64,000 nt of DNA from Escherichia coli (GTDB taxonomy: Bacteria; Pseudomonadota; Gammaproteobacteria; Enterobacterales; Enterobacteriaceae). The stretch lies in the NCBI RefSeq assembly GCF_965641715.1, contig NZ_OZ282453.1; one strand, 5' to 3'. The number at the start of each line of letters is the position of its first letter. Within the stretch, counting starts at the first letter, position 1. Below are positions 52,803 through 64,000 of the stretch, in pieces. The notes beneath the pieces are model-generated. The model saw nothing but the letters and a program-made list of their open reading frames with translations, did not search any database and was not told the DNA's origin. The position numbers and the translations under genes are program-made.

Positions 52803-54635
52803 GTGAACGGTGAATTGATTTGGGTTCTTTCATTACTGGCCGTTGCCATCGTCTTGTTTGCGACGGGCAGAGTGCGTATGGATGCGGTCGCTTTGTTTGT
52901 TATTGTCGCGTTTGCATTAAGCGGAACGCTGACAGTCCCCGAAGTATTTTCCGGCTTTTCTGATCCTAACGTTGTCCTGATTGCCGCCTTGTTTATTATT
53001 GGCGATGGTTTGGTCCGTACCGGTGTTGCCACCGTAATGGGGACATGGCTGGTCAAAGTGGCGGGCAACAGTGAAATCAAAATGTTGGTTTTGTTGATGC
53101 TGACCGTCGCGGGGCTTGGCGCGTTTATGAGTTCAACCGGCGTTGTCGCTATCTTTATTCCCGTGGTGTTAAGCGTTGCCATGCGTATGCAAACTTCGCC
53201 GTCACGTCTGATGATGCCGTTAAGTTTTGCCGGGCTGATTAGCGGCATGATGACGCTGGTGGCGACGCCGCCGAACCTGGTAGTCAACAGTGAATTGCTG
53301 CGTGAAGGCTATCACGGCTTCAGTTTCTTTAGCGTAACACCTATTGGCCTGGTCGTGCTGGTGCTGGGTATTTTGTATATGTTAGTGATGCGTTTCATGC
53401 TGAAAGGGGATACCCAGACCCCGCAGCGCGAAGGCTGGACGCGTCGAACCTTTCGCGATCTTATCCGTGAATATCGACTGACCGGGCGTGCGCGACGTCT
53501 GGCTATTCGCCCCGGATCGCCAATGATTGGTCAACGGCTGGATGATCTCAAATTACGTGAGCGTTATGGCGCTAACGTCATCGGTGTTGAACGCTGGCGG
53601 CGTTTTCGTCGCGTTATCGTGAACGTTAATGGGGTTTCTGAATTTCGCGCGCGTGACGTTTTGCTTATTGATATGTCTGCGGCTGATGTCGATCTCCGGC
53701 AATTTTGTAGTGAGCAATTGCTGGAGCCGATGGTACTGCGCGGCGAGTATTTTTCTGACCAGGCCCTTGATGTGGGCATGGCAGAGATTTCATTAATTCC
53801 TGAGTCAGAACTTATTGGTAAATCGGTGCGCGAAATTGGTTTTCGTACCCGCTACGGACTGAATGTGGTGGGGCTAAAGCGCAATGGCGTGGCGCTGGAA
53901 GGTTCGCTGGCGGATGAGCCTCTGCTGCTGGGCGATATCATCCTGGTTGTGGGTAACTGGAAACTGATCGGTATGCTGGCCAAACAGGGCCGCGACTTCG
54001 TAGCGCTGAACTTACCGGAAGAGGTGAGTGAAGCATCGCCCGCGCACAGCCAGGCACCCCATGCCATTTTCTGTCTGGTGCTAATGGTGGCGTTAATGCT
54101 GACAGATGAAATTCCTAATCCTGTTGCCGCTATCATCGCCTGCCTGCTGATGGGGAAATTCCGCTGTATAGATGCTGAAAGCGCCTATAAATCCATTCAC
54201 TGGCCGAGCATTATTTTGATCGTTGGGATGATGCCGTTTGCTGTGGCATTACAGAAAACGGGAGGTGTCGCGCTGGCGGTGAAAGGGCTGATGGACATTG
54301 GCGGTGGTTACGGGCCACATATGATGCTGGGTTGTTTGTTTGTCTTGTCGGCGGTTATTGGGCTATTTATCTCTAATACCGCGACGGCGGTGTTGATGGC
54401 TCCGATTGCGCTGGCTGCTGCCAAAACGATGGGGGTGTCGCCTTATCCATTCGCGATGGTCGTGGCGATGGCAGCATCCGCCGCCTTTATGACACCGGTT
54501 TCTTCACCGGTTAACACACTGGTTTTAGGTCCGGGAAATTACAGCTTCAGTGACTTTGTGAAGCTGGGGGTACCGTTCACCATTATCGTGATGGCGGTTT
54601 GTGTGGTGATGATCCCGATGCTGTTTCCGTTTTGA
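52803..54635 (+). CDS. yfbS: Putative transporter YfbS (two TrkA-C-like domains between transmembrane halves)
   Basis: 610 aa; hydrophobic N- and C-terminal halves with a soluble central region; GTG start. Confidence 0.85.
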
Positions 54636-54640
54636 CAAGA

Positions 54641-54680
54641 GCCTGATGTCGCATCCGGCGCTTATTGCCTGATGCGACGC
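54641..54680. repeat. REP element between convergent yfbS and yfbR
   Basis: GCCTGATGTCGCATCCGGCGCTTATTGCCTGATGCGACGC. Confidence 0.5.
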
Positions 54681-54693
54681 AGACTCCCGCTGC

Positions 54694-55293
54694 TTACAGC
54701 GGTGAATCCTGGCTAATCTCATCGAGCGAAAGATGGAAGCTGGGAACAAATACTTCCATGAAGTAGTCCATCTCCTGGCTGCGACGCGCTTCAAGCGTCG
54801 CTTCCAGTCGCGTTTTTGCCAGCAAGAATTCATTATTTCCGGCCGCGAGTTCTTCCAGACATTTCAGATATGCACACAGTGCATCTGCCTGTTTCACCAG
54901 CGATTTTTCTTCATCGCTATATGCATGCTCGTCAATTAACGGCGCAAAGATATCCCGCAGCTCTTCCGGAACCATATCGACCAGTTTTTGCTGAGCGATT
55001 TTTTCAATAGCCTTGTACTCCTGAGCGATTTGCGAATTGAAGTATTTCACCGGAGTAGGGAGATCGCCGGTGAGCACTTCTGAGGCATCGTGGTACATCG
55101 CCAGTAAAGCGATACGTTCGGCGTTGACATTACCGCCAAATTTCCGATTTTTGATAGCTGCCAGCGCATGGGCGACCATCGCTACCTGCAAACTGTGTTC
55201 GGACACATTTTCCGTCCGCACGTTGCGCATGAGCGGCCAGCGGTTAATGAGTTTCAGGCGGGAGAGATGGGCAAAAAAATGGCTCTGTTTCAT
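54694..55293 (-). CDS. yfbR: 5'-deoxynucleotidase YfbR (HD domain)
   Basis: 199 aa; HD motif region ...[12 protein letters not shown]... Confidence 0.9.
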
Positions 55294-55376
55294 AGTGACC
55301 TTACGTATGATGACATCATCAGGTCATTGTGGCGGGATAACACTGCCGGATGCAATCTCCGGCAGTGAAATTAAGA

Positions 55377-56594
55377 TTACAGCTGATGATAACCAGAAAG
55401 GAAACGCGCGAACTTGCTCAAAGACAGCTCGATATCATCGACACGCGGTAGCGTGACAATGCGGAAGTGATCCGGCCACGGCCAGTTGAATGCCGTCCCT
55501 TGCACCAACAGAACTTTTTCCTGCAACAGGAAATCCAGCACCATTTTCTGATCGTCGTGAATGTTAAAGCGTTTGGCGTCGATTTTCGGGAACATGTACA
55601 GCGCACCACGAGGTTTCACGCAGGAAACGCCCGGAATATCGTTGATCAATTCCCACGCGCGGTTACGCTGCTCATAAAGACGACCGCCAGGGGTAATAAA
55701 TTCACTGATGCTCTGATAACCACCCAGCGCGGTCTGAATGGCGTGTTGCGCAGGAACGTTAGCACACAGGCGCATTGAAGCCAGCATTTCCAGACCTTCG
55801 ATGTAGCCTTTGGCGTGTTTTTTCGGCCCGTTCAACACCATCCACCCCTGACGGAAGCCTGCAACGCGGTACGTTTTCGACAGTCCGTTAAAGGTAATGG
55901 TCAGCAGGTCAGGTGCCAGCGGCGCAATTGAGTGATGCTCAGCGTCGTCGTAGAGAATTTTGTCATAAATTTCATCGGCGAAGATAATGAGATTATGCTG
56001 ACGTGCAATCTCCACAATCTCCATTAAAAGCTCTTTGGAATATACCGCGCCGGTTGGGTTATTTGGGTTGATAATAACGATCCCACGCGTACGAGGCGTA
56101 ATTTTAGCGCGAATATCATCGAGGTCCGGGAACCAGTCAGAGGATTCATCGCAAAGATAATGCACCGCTTTACCGCTGGAAAGCGAAACCGCCGCGGTCC
56201 ATAGTGGGTAATCTGGTGCAGGAACCAACATTTCGTCCCCGCTGTTCAGCAATGCCTGCATTGCCTGAACGATAAGCTCCGATACACCATTGCCGATGTA
56301 AATATCTTCCACGGTAACATCACACATGCCACGAGCCTGATAGTGCTGCATGATGGCTTTACGCGCGGAGTAAAGACCTTTGGAATCGCAATACCCTTGA
56401 GCGGTAGGCAGGTTGCGTATCACGTCAACGAGGATTTCATCTGGCGCGTCAAAACCGAACGGGGCTGGGTTGCCGATGTTCAGTTTCAGTACCTTGTTAC
56501 CTTCTTCTTCCAGGCGTTTTGCTTCTTTCAGCACCGGACCACGGATGTCATAACAGACATTCTCTAATTTGCTGGATTTTTCAATGGGGGACAT
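55377..56594 (-). CDS. alaA: Glutamate-pyruvate aminotransferase AlaA (YfbQ)
   Basis: 405 aa; class I aminotransferase; conserved locus. Confidence 0.9.
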   Translation of the reverse strand: MSPIEKSSKLENVCYDIRGPVLKEAKRLEEEGNKVLKLNIGNPAPFGFDAPDEILVDVIRNLPTAQGYCDSKGLYSARKAIMQHYQARGMCDVTVEDIYIGNGVSELIVQAMQALLNSGDEMLVPAPDYPLWTAAVSLSSGKAVHYLCDESSDWFPDLDDIRAKITPRTRGIVIINPNNPTGAVYSKELLMEIVEIARQHNLIIFADEIYDKILYDDAEHHSIAPLAPDLLTITFNGLSKTYRVAGFRQGWMVLNGPKKHAKGYIEGLEMLASMRLCANVPAQHAIQTALGGYQSISEFITPGGRLYEQRNRAWELINDIPGVSCVKPRGALYMFPKIDAKRFNIHDDQKMVLDFLLQEKVLLVQGTAFNWPWPDHFRIVTLPRVDDIELSLSKFARFLSGYHQL

Positions 56595-57510
56595 GAATCT
56601 TGACCTTTTTTGCTGTTATCGCCACTCCCTGCCGTGGAAGTCAGCTTAGAACAATGTACTCCCCCAGGACGGTGTTTTGAAGGTCTGCAGAATAAGATTT
56701 TGCCAGAGGGGAAGGCTCGATTGTGCTGTTAATAACTTAATAATGACAAAATAATGAGGTGTATATGCTTTACATGCAATGTTATATAGTGAATTGTTCT
56801 GATTCTTAATTGTAAGTCTGGTTTTTTTATCTGTAAGATAATTGTGTGAAAATGCCTCATTTAAGAATTCACTAATGAAACGCGATGATGATATTTCCGC
56901 ATTACGGAGAGTTTAACAGCGTGATGATTTCCGAGGTGTCGCAATGGGGGCAAGGTGTGAAACTATTGTTAAGCGGAATTAATGAATGAGGATGATGCTA
57001 ATTAATTATTATTTAATATTCAAAAAGGTTTTGATGTGCTTATTAATAATAGAAGATTACTTTGCCTAACATAACATAACTTTGCATCAGATAATTCGCA
57101 ATGACCCTTATAAATAAAAGGTTTTTGGGGTAAAATGCTCGCATAAATGACGGATCCCTGCTCTTGATGCCGCCTCACCATTGCTGTTTGTACGTGTTCG
57201 CGTATGACCAGCGATGCTGCACGAGAGTGGAACAAGGACTCACATTTACATTTATACAAACACGCGCATGTCATAAATAGAAAAGAGTGAGTAACTTAAT
57301 AGATATGCGATCCCTGAAGATATATTCTGTGATCTACTTCAGGCATTATAACGGAACAATGTGAGTCGCTTTTTTAGTGCAACTCATATGCATTTTTACT
57401 TTCGTCCGGGTTCCGGATGAAACTGCCAGGGAGGCACATTACAAATGGAATTGCTTGTTTGTGTGTGCACAGCATTAACCAGCTCAGTATGAGCCGCCAG
57501 TAAGTGATAA

Positions 57511-58452
<942 letters not shown>

Positions 58453-58495
58453 TCGACGGACGATAGATAATTCCTGAGACAATAGTGTAAAAAAC

Positions 58496-58535
58496 GAGCC
58501 GCTGGGGGTGTTTTAAACCCCAGCGGCTTTTTTTT
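58496..58535 (+). terminator. Intrinsic terminator after lrhA
   Basis: GCCGCTGGGG...CCCCAGCGGC 10-bp stem followed by eight T. Confidence 0.8.
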
Positions 58536-59082
58536 AGTAAAGAACCTTCTTCACATCGTGCAGAACGTACAAAACTGTTCATTTTTCAATCACCAGAGAT
58601 TCACGCCCCGTACGCACAAATAATCGCCTGAAAAAAATCACCTGCTACAATGATGTTAAAAAATACGTAAATTTGTTGCTGCGTTTTTGTTATGGAATGA
58701 CAAAAGCGTGTCACAGATCAAGAAAATACTCTCTTTTGGGGGGAGGAATCGACACAAATTCCTGTCAAAATAGACCCGTATTTTTTCCATTGCTTCACAA
58801 CGGACACGATTCAACAACATCTAATTATCCTGGAGTCGTCAAGGATCTGGGGTGAAAGGGCATTAAATGCTAATGGTGTTGATATTATGTAAACTAATGT
58901 GAAGAAACTTTTGTTAAAGTTGACAAAAGGTTATAGAAAGGAGTAAAAGACCACATCAATTAGCTGTATAAAAGAGTTTCTACAGTAATTGTAAGGTTTT
59001 TTTTATTCCTCCCCATGAATCGATGTGGCGTCCATCTGCCGTGAAGAGCAGTGAATCTGGCGCTACTTTTGATGAGTAAGCA

Positions 59083-59526
59083 ATGAGTATGTCAACATCC
59101 ACTGAAGTCATCGCTCATCACTGGGCATTCGCTATCTTTCTTATCGTTGCCATTGGCCTGTGTTGCCTGATGCTGGTAGGCGGTTGGTTTTTAGGCGGTC
59201 GCGCACGCGCGAGGTCAAAAAACGTGCCGTTTGAATCCGGTATCGACTCGGTCGGCTCCGCCCGCTTACGCCTGTCCGCCAAGTTTTATCTGGTGGCCAT
59301 GTTCTTCGTTATCTTCGACGTTGAAGCGCTGTATCTGTTCGCATGGTCAACCTCTATCCGCGAAAGCGGCTGGGTAGGCTTTGTGGAAGCTGCAATTTTT
59401 ATTTTTGTGTTACTGGCAGGTCTGGTTTATCTGGTGCGTATTGGCGCGCTGGACTGGACGCCCGCGCGTTCACGCCGCGAGCGTATGAACCCGGAAACGA
59501 ACAGTATCGCTAATCGTCAACGCTAA
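59083..59526 (+). CDS. nuoA: NADH-quinone oxidoreductase subunit A
   Basis: 147 aa. Confidence 0.95.
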
Positions 59527-59541
59527 CCGCGAGGCATTAAG

Positions 59542-60204
59542 ATGGATTATACGCTCACCCGCATAGATCCCAACGGTGAGAACGACCGTTACCCCCTGCA
59601 AAAGCAGGAGATCGTAACCGACCCTCTGGAGCAAGAAGTTAACAAAAACGTGTTTATGGGCAAGCTCAATGACATGGTTAACTGGGGTCGTAAAAACTCA
59701 ATTTGGCCGTATAACTTCGGTCTTTCCTGCTGTTACGTTGAGATGGTGACTTCGTTTACCGCGGTGCATGACGTGGCGCGTTTTGGCGCAGAAGTATTGC
59801 GTGCTTCGCCGCGTCAGGCTGACCTGATGGTGGTTGCAGGAACCTGCTTTACCAAAATGGCACCGGTTATTCAGCGTCTCTATGACCAGATGCTGGAACC
59901 AAAATGGGTTATCTCAATGGGTGCCTGTGCCAACTCTGGCGGTATGTACGATATTTATTCCGTTGTGCAGGGCGTCGATAAATTCATCCCGGTTGATGTG
60001 TATATCCCGGGCTGCCCGCCGCGTCCTGAAGCGTACATGCAGGCACTGATGCTGTTGCAGGAATCTATCGGTAAAGAACGTCGTCCGCTCTCCTGGGTGG
60101 TTGGCGATCAGGGCGTTTATCGCGCCAATATGCAATCAGAGCGCGAACGCAAGCGCGGTGAACGCATTGCCGTAACCAACCTGCGTACACCTGACGAGAT
60201 TTAA
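59542..60204 (+). CDS. nuoB: NADH-quinone oxidoreductase subunit B
   Basis: 220 aa; Fe-S cysteine motifs. Confidence 0.95.
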
Positions 60205-60297
60205 TTTGCGCCTGTCGGCAAAGGGATTTTTCTTCGCTTATTCCTAAATCTATTTCGCGAAGCTTACTGCGCCGACAGTCACCACGGACCATTTGCA

Positions 60298-62100
60298 ATG
60301 GTGAACAATATGACCGACTTAACCGCGCAAGAACCCGCCTGGCAGACCCGCGATCATCTTGATGATCCGGTAATTGGCGAACTGCGCAACCGTTTTGGGC
60401 CGGATGCCTTTACTGTTCAGGCGACTCGCACCGGGGTTCCCGTTGTGTGGATCAAGCGTGAACAATTACTGGAAGTTGGCGATTTCTTAAAGAAACTGCC
60501 GAAACCTTACGTCATGCTGTTTGACTTACACGGCATGGACGAACGTCTGCGCACACACCGCGAAGGGTTACCTGCCGCGGATTTTTCCGTTTTCTACCAT
60601 CTGATTTCTATCGATCGTAACCGCGACATCATGCTGAAGGTGGCGCTGGCAGAAAACGACCTGCACGTACCGACCTTCACCAAACTGTTCCCGAACGCTA
60701 ACTGGTATGAGCGTGAAACCTGGGATCTGTTTGGCATTACATTCGACGGTCACCCGAACCTGCGCCGCATCATGATGCCGCAAACCTGGAAAGGTCACCC
60801 GCTGCGTAAAGATTACCCGGCGCGCGCTACCGAATTCTCGCCGTTTGAGCTGACCAAAGCCAAACAGGATCTGGAGATGGAAGCCCTGACCTTCAAACCG
60901 GAAGAGTGGGGGATGAAGCGCGGCACCGAAAACGAGGACTTCATGTTCCTCAACCTCGGTCCGAACCACCCGTCGGCGCACGGTGCTTTCCGTATCGTTT
61001 TGCAGCTCGATGGCGAAGAGATTGTCGACTGCGTACCAGACATCGGCTACCACCACCGTGGTGCGGAGAAAATGGGCGAACGCCAGTCCTGGCACAGCTA
61101 CATTCCGTATACCGACCGTATCGAATACCTCGGCGGCTGCGTTAACGAAATGCCTTACGTGCTGGCGGTAGAGAAACTGGCCGGGATCACCGTGCCGGAT
61201 CGCGTTAACGTCATTCGCGTAATGCTCTCCGAACTGTTCCGCATCAACAGCCACCTGCTGTATATCTCGACCTTTATTCAGGACGTCGGCGCAATGACGC
61301 CCGTGTTCTTCGCCTTTACCGATCGTCAGAAAATTTACGATCTGGTGGAAGCAATCACGGGTTTCCGTATGCACCCGGCGTGGTTCCGTATTGGCGGTGT
61401 AGCGCATGACCTGCCGCGTGGCTGGGATCGCCTGCTGCGTGAGTTCCTCGACTGGATGCCGAAACGTCTGGCGTCTTACGAGAAAGCGGCGCTGCAAAAT
61501 ACCATTCTGAAAGGTCGTTCCCAGGGCGTTGCCGCCTATGGCGCGAAAGAGGCGCTGGAGTGGGGCACCACTGGCGCGGGCCTGCGTGCTACCGGGATCG
61601 ACTTCGACGTGCGTAAGGCGCGTCCTTATTCTGGCTATGAAAACTTCGACTTTGAAATCCCGGTTGGTGGTGGTGTTTCTGACTGCTACACCCGCGTAAT
61701 GCTGAAAGTGGAAGAGCTGCGCCAGAGTCTGCGCATTCTTGAGCAGTGCCTCAACAACATGCCGGAAGGCCCGTTCAAAGCGGATCACCCGCTGACCACG
61801 CCACCGCCGAAAGAGCGCACGCTGCAACATATCGAAACCCTGATCACCCACTTCCTGCAAGTGTCGTGGGGGCCGGTGATGCCTGCCAATGAATCTTTCC
61901 AGATGATTGAGGCGACCAAGGGGATCAACAGTTACTACCTGACCAGCGACGGTAGCACCATGAGTTATCGCACTCGTATCCGCACGCCGAGTTATGCGCA
62001 TTTGCAGCAAATTCCGGCGGCGATCCGCGGCAGCCTGGTGTCTGACCTGATTGTTTATCTGGGCAGTATCGATTTTGTTATGTCAGATGTGGACCGCTAA
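60298..62100 (+). CDS. nuoC: NADH-quinone oxidoreductase subunit C/D (fused)
   Basis: 600 aa; fused 30K/49K subunits as in E. coli. Confidence 0.95.
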
Positions 62101-62102
62101 TT

Positions 62103-62603
62103 ATGCACGAGAATCAACAACCACAAACCGAGGCTTTTGAGCTGAGTGCGGCAGAGCGTGAAGCGATTGAGCACGAGATGCACCACTACGAAGACCCGCG
62201 TGCGGCGTCCATTGAAGCGCTGAAAATCGTTCAGAAGCAGCGTGGCTGGGTGCCGGATGGCGCGATCCACGCGATCGCCGATGTGCTGGGTATTCCGGCG
62301 AGCGACGTCGAAGGCGTGGCAACGTTCTACAGCCAGATCTTCCGCCAGCCGGTTGGCCGCCATGTGATCCGTTATTGCGACAGCGTGGTCTGTCATATCA
62401 ACGGTTACCAGGGTATTCAGGCGGCGCTCGAGAAAAAGCTGAACATCAAACCAGGGCAAACGACATTTGATGGCCGCTTTACGCTGCTGCCAACTTGCTG
62501 CCTGGGGAACTGTGATAAAGGGCCAAACATGATGATCGATGAGGACACTCACGCGCATCTGACCCCGGAAGCGATCCCTGAACTGCTGGAGCGGTATAAA
62601 TGA
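62103..62603 (+). CDS. nuoE: NADH-quinone oxidoreductase subunit E
   Basis: 166 aa; 2Fe-2S cysteines. Confidence 0.95.
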
Positions 62604-63937
62604 AAAACATTATCCGTACTCCCGAAACGCATCCGCTGACCTGGCGTCTGCGCGATGACAAACAGCCAGTGTGGCTGGACGAATACCGCAGCAAAAACGG
62701 TTACGAAGGGGCGCGTAAGGCGCTGACCGGGCTGTCTCCGGACGAAATCGTTAATCAGGTAAAAGACGCTGGTCTGAAAGGGCGCGGCGGCGCGGGCTTT
62801 TCGACTGGCCTGAAATGGAGCCTGATGCCGAAAGACGAATCCATGAACATCCGTTACCTGCTGTGTAACGCCGATGAAATGGAGCCGGGCACCTATAAAG
62901 ACCGCCTGTTGATGGAGCAACTGCCGCACCTGCTGGTGGAAGGTATGCTCATCTCCGCGTTTGCGCTGAAAGCTTACCGTGGCTACATCTTCCTGCGTGG
63001 CGAATATATTGAAGCGGCAGTGAATCTGCGCCGCGCCATTGCCGAAGCGACTGAAGCGGGGCTGCTCGGCAAAAACATTATGGGAACAGGTTTCGATTTC
63101 GAACTGTTCGTCCATACCGGGGCAGGGCGCTACATCTGCGGTGAAGAAACAGCGTTAATCAACTCCCTGGAAGGGCGTCGCGCTAACCCGCGTTCGAAAC
63201 CGCCATTCCCGGCAACTTCCGGCGTATGGGGCAAACCGACCTGTGTCAACAACGTCGAAACCCTGTGTAACGTTCCGGCGATCCTCGCTAACGGCGTGGA
63301 GTGGTATCAGAACATCTCGAAAAGTAAAGATGCTGGCACCAAGCTGATGGGCTTCTCCGGTCGGGTGAAAAATCCGGGCCTGTGGGAACTGCCGTTTGGT
63401 ACTACCGCGCGCGAGATCCTCGAAGATTACGCCGGTGGTATGCGTGACGGTCTGAAATTCAAAGCCTGGCAGCCAGGCGGCGCGGGCACCGACTTCCTGA
63501 CCGAAGCGCACCTTGATCTGCCGATGGAATTCGAAAGTATCGGTAAAGCGGGAAGCCGTCTGGGTACGGCGCTGGCGATGGCGGTTGACCATGAGATCAA
63601 CATGGTGTCGCTGGTGCGTAACCTGGAAGAGTTTTTCGCCCGTGAGTCCTGCGGCTGGTGTACGCCGTGCCGCGACGGTCTGCCGTGGAGCGTGAAAATT
63701 CTGCGTGCGCTGGAGCGTGGCGAAGGTCAGCCGGGCGATATCGAAACACTTGAGCAACTGTGTCGATTCTTAGGCCCGGGTAAAACTTTCTGTGCCCACG
63801 CACCTGGTGCAGTGGAGCCGTTACAGAGCGCCATCAAATATTTCCGCGAAGAATTTGAGGCGGGGATCAAACAGCCGTTCAGCAATACCCATTTGATTAA
63901 TGGGATTCAGCCGAACCTGCTGAAAGAGCGCTGGTAA
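62600..63937 (+). CDS. nuoF: NADH-quinone oxidoreductase subunit F
   Basis: 445 aa; NADH/FMN-binding glycine-rich region and 4Fe-4S motif. Confidence 0.95.
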   Translation: MKNIIRTPETHPLTWRLRDDKQPVWLDEYRSKNGYEGARKALTGLSPDEIVNQVKDAGLKGRGGAGFSTGLKWSLMPKDESMNIRYLLCNADEMEPGTYKDRLLMEQLPHLLVEGMLISAFALKAYRGYIFLRGEYIEAAVNLRRAIAEATEAGLLGKNIMGTGFDFELFVHTGAGRYICGEETALINSLEGRRANPRSKPPFPATSGVWGKPTCVNNVETLCNVPAILANGVEWYQNISKSKDAGTKLMGFSGRVKNPGLWELPFGTTAREILEDYAGGMRDGLKFKAWQPGGAGTDFLTEAHLDLPMEFESIGKAGSRLGTALAMAVDHEINMVSLVRNLEEFFARESCGWCTPCRDGLPWSVKILRALERGEGQPGDIETLEQLCRFLGPGKTFCAHAPGAVEPLQSAIKYFREEFEAGIKQPFSNTHLINGIQPNLLKERW

Positions 63938-63989
63938 CCGAATTTCGATTAACGCTCAGTCTCTGACTGAGAAAACTGGAAGCATGCTA

Positions 63990-64000
63990 ATGGCTACAAT
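63990..64000 (+). CDS. nuoG: NADH-quinone oxidoreductase subunit G, first codons only (runs off window)
   Basis: ATG GCT ACA AT... encodes MATI..., the expected NuoG N-terminus, at the expected position after nuoF. Confidence 0.5.

Overview
The window is an Enterobacterial (E. coli-type) chromosome segment in two parts. Positions 1 to about 25.9 kb are the right-hand part of a P2-like prophage that continues beyond the window start. Positions 25.9 to 64 kb are conserved core genes in the order pdxB-usg-truA-dedA-accD-folC-dedD-cvpA-purF-ubiX-argT-hisJQMP-rpnB(yfcI)-yfcH-folX-yfcG-yfcF-yfcE-yfcD-yfcC-pta-ackA-yfbV-yfbU-yfbT-yfbS-yfbR-alaA-lrhA-nuoABCEF and the first codons of nuoG, in reverse orientation relative to the K-12 map as I recall it. 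The prophage shows P2-family synteny: tail fibre and assembly genes, baseplate, lysis, head, terminase and portal, then a cargo interval, a replication gene, small early genes, a Cox/C switch and a P2-type integrase, inserted directly upstream of pdxB. The most interesting region is the cargo interval between the portal gene and the replication gene (14.6-17.9 kb). It carries a Phd/Doc-type toxin-antitoxin pair and, convergently, a three-gene operon: a ParM actin-like ATPase, a ParR-like small protein, and an orphan ClpX-type zinc-binding-domain protein, with direct repeats upstream. I do not recognise this combination as a described system. Other points are a probable invertible (or fossil) tail-fibre host-range cassette at the left edge, a hairpin-rich 320-bp non-coding stretch inside the early operon, two small unannotated ORFs, a lysis cassette without spanin genes, and a 5-copy REP array. 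No rRNA, tRNA or CRISPR array was seen. All protein identifications rest on my recollection of family sequences and motifs; no database search was run.
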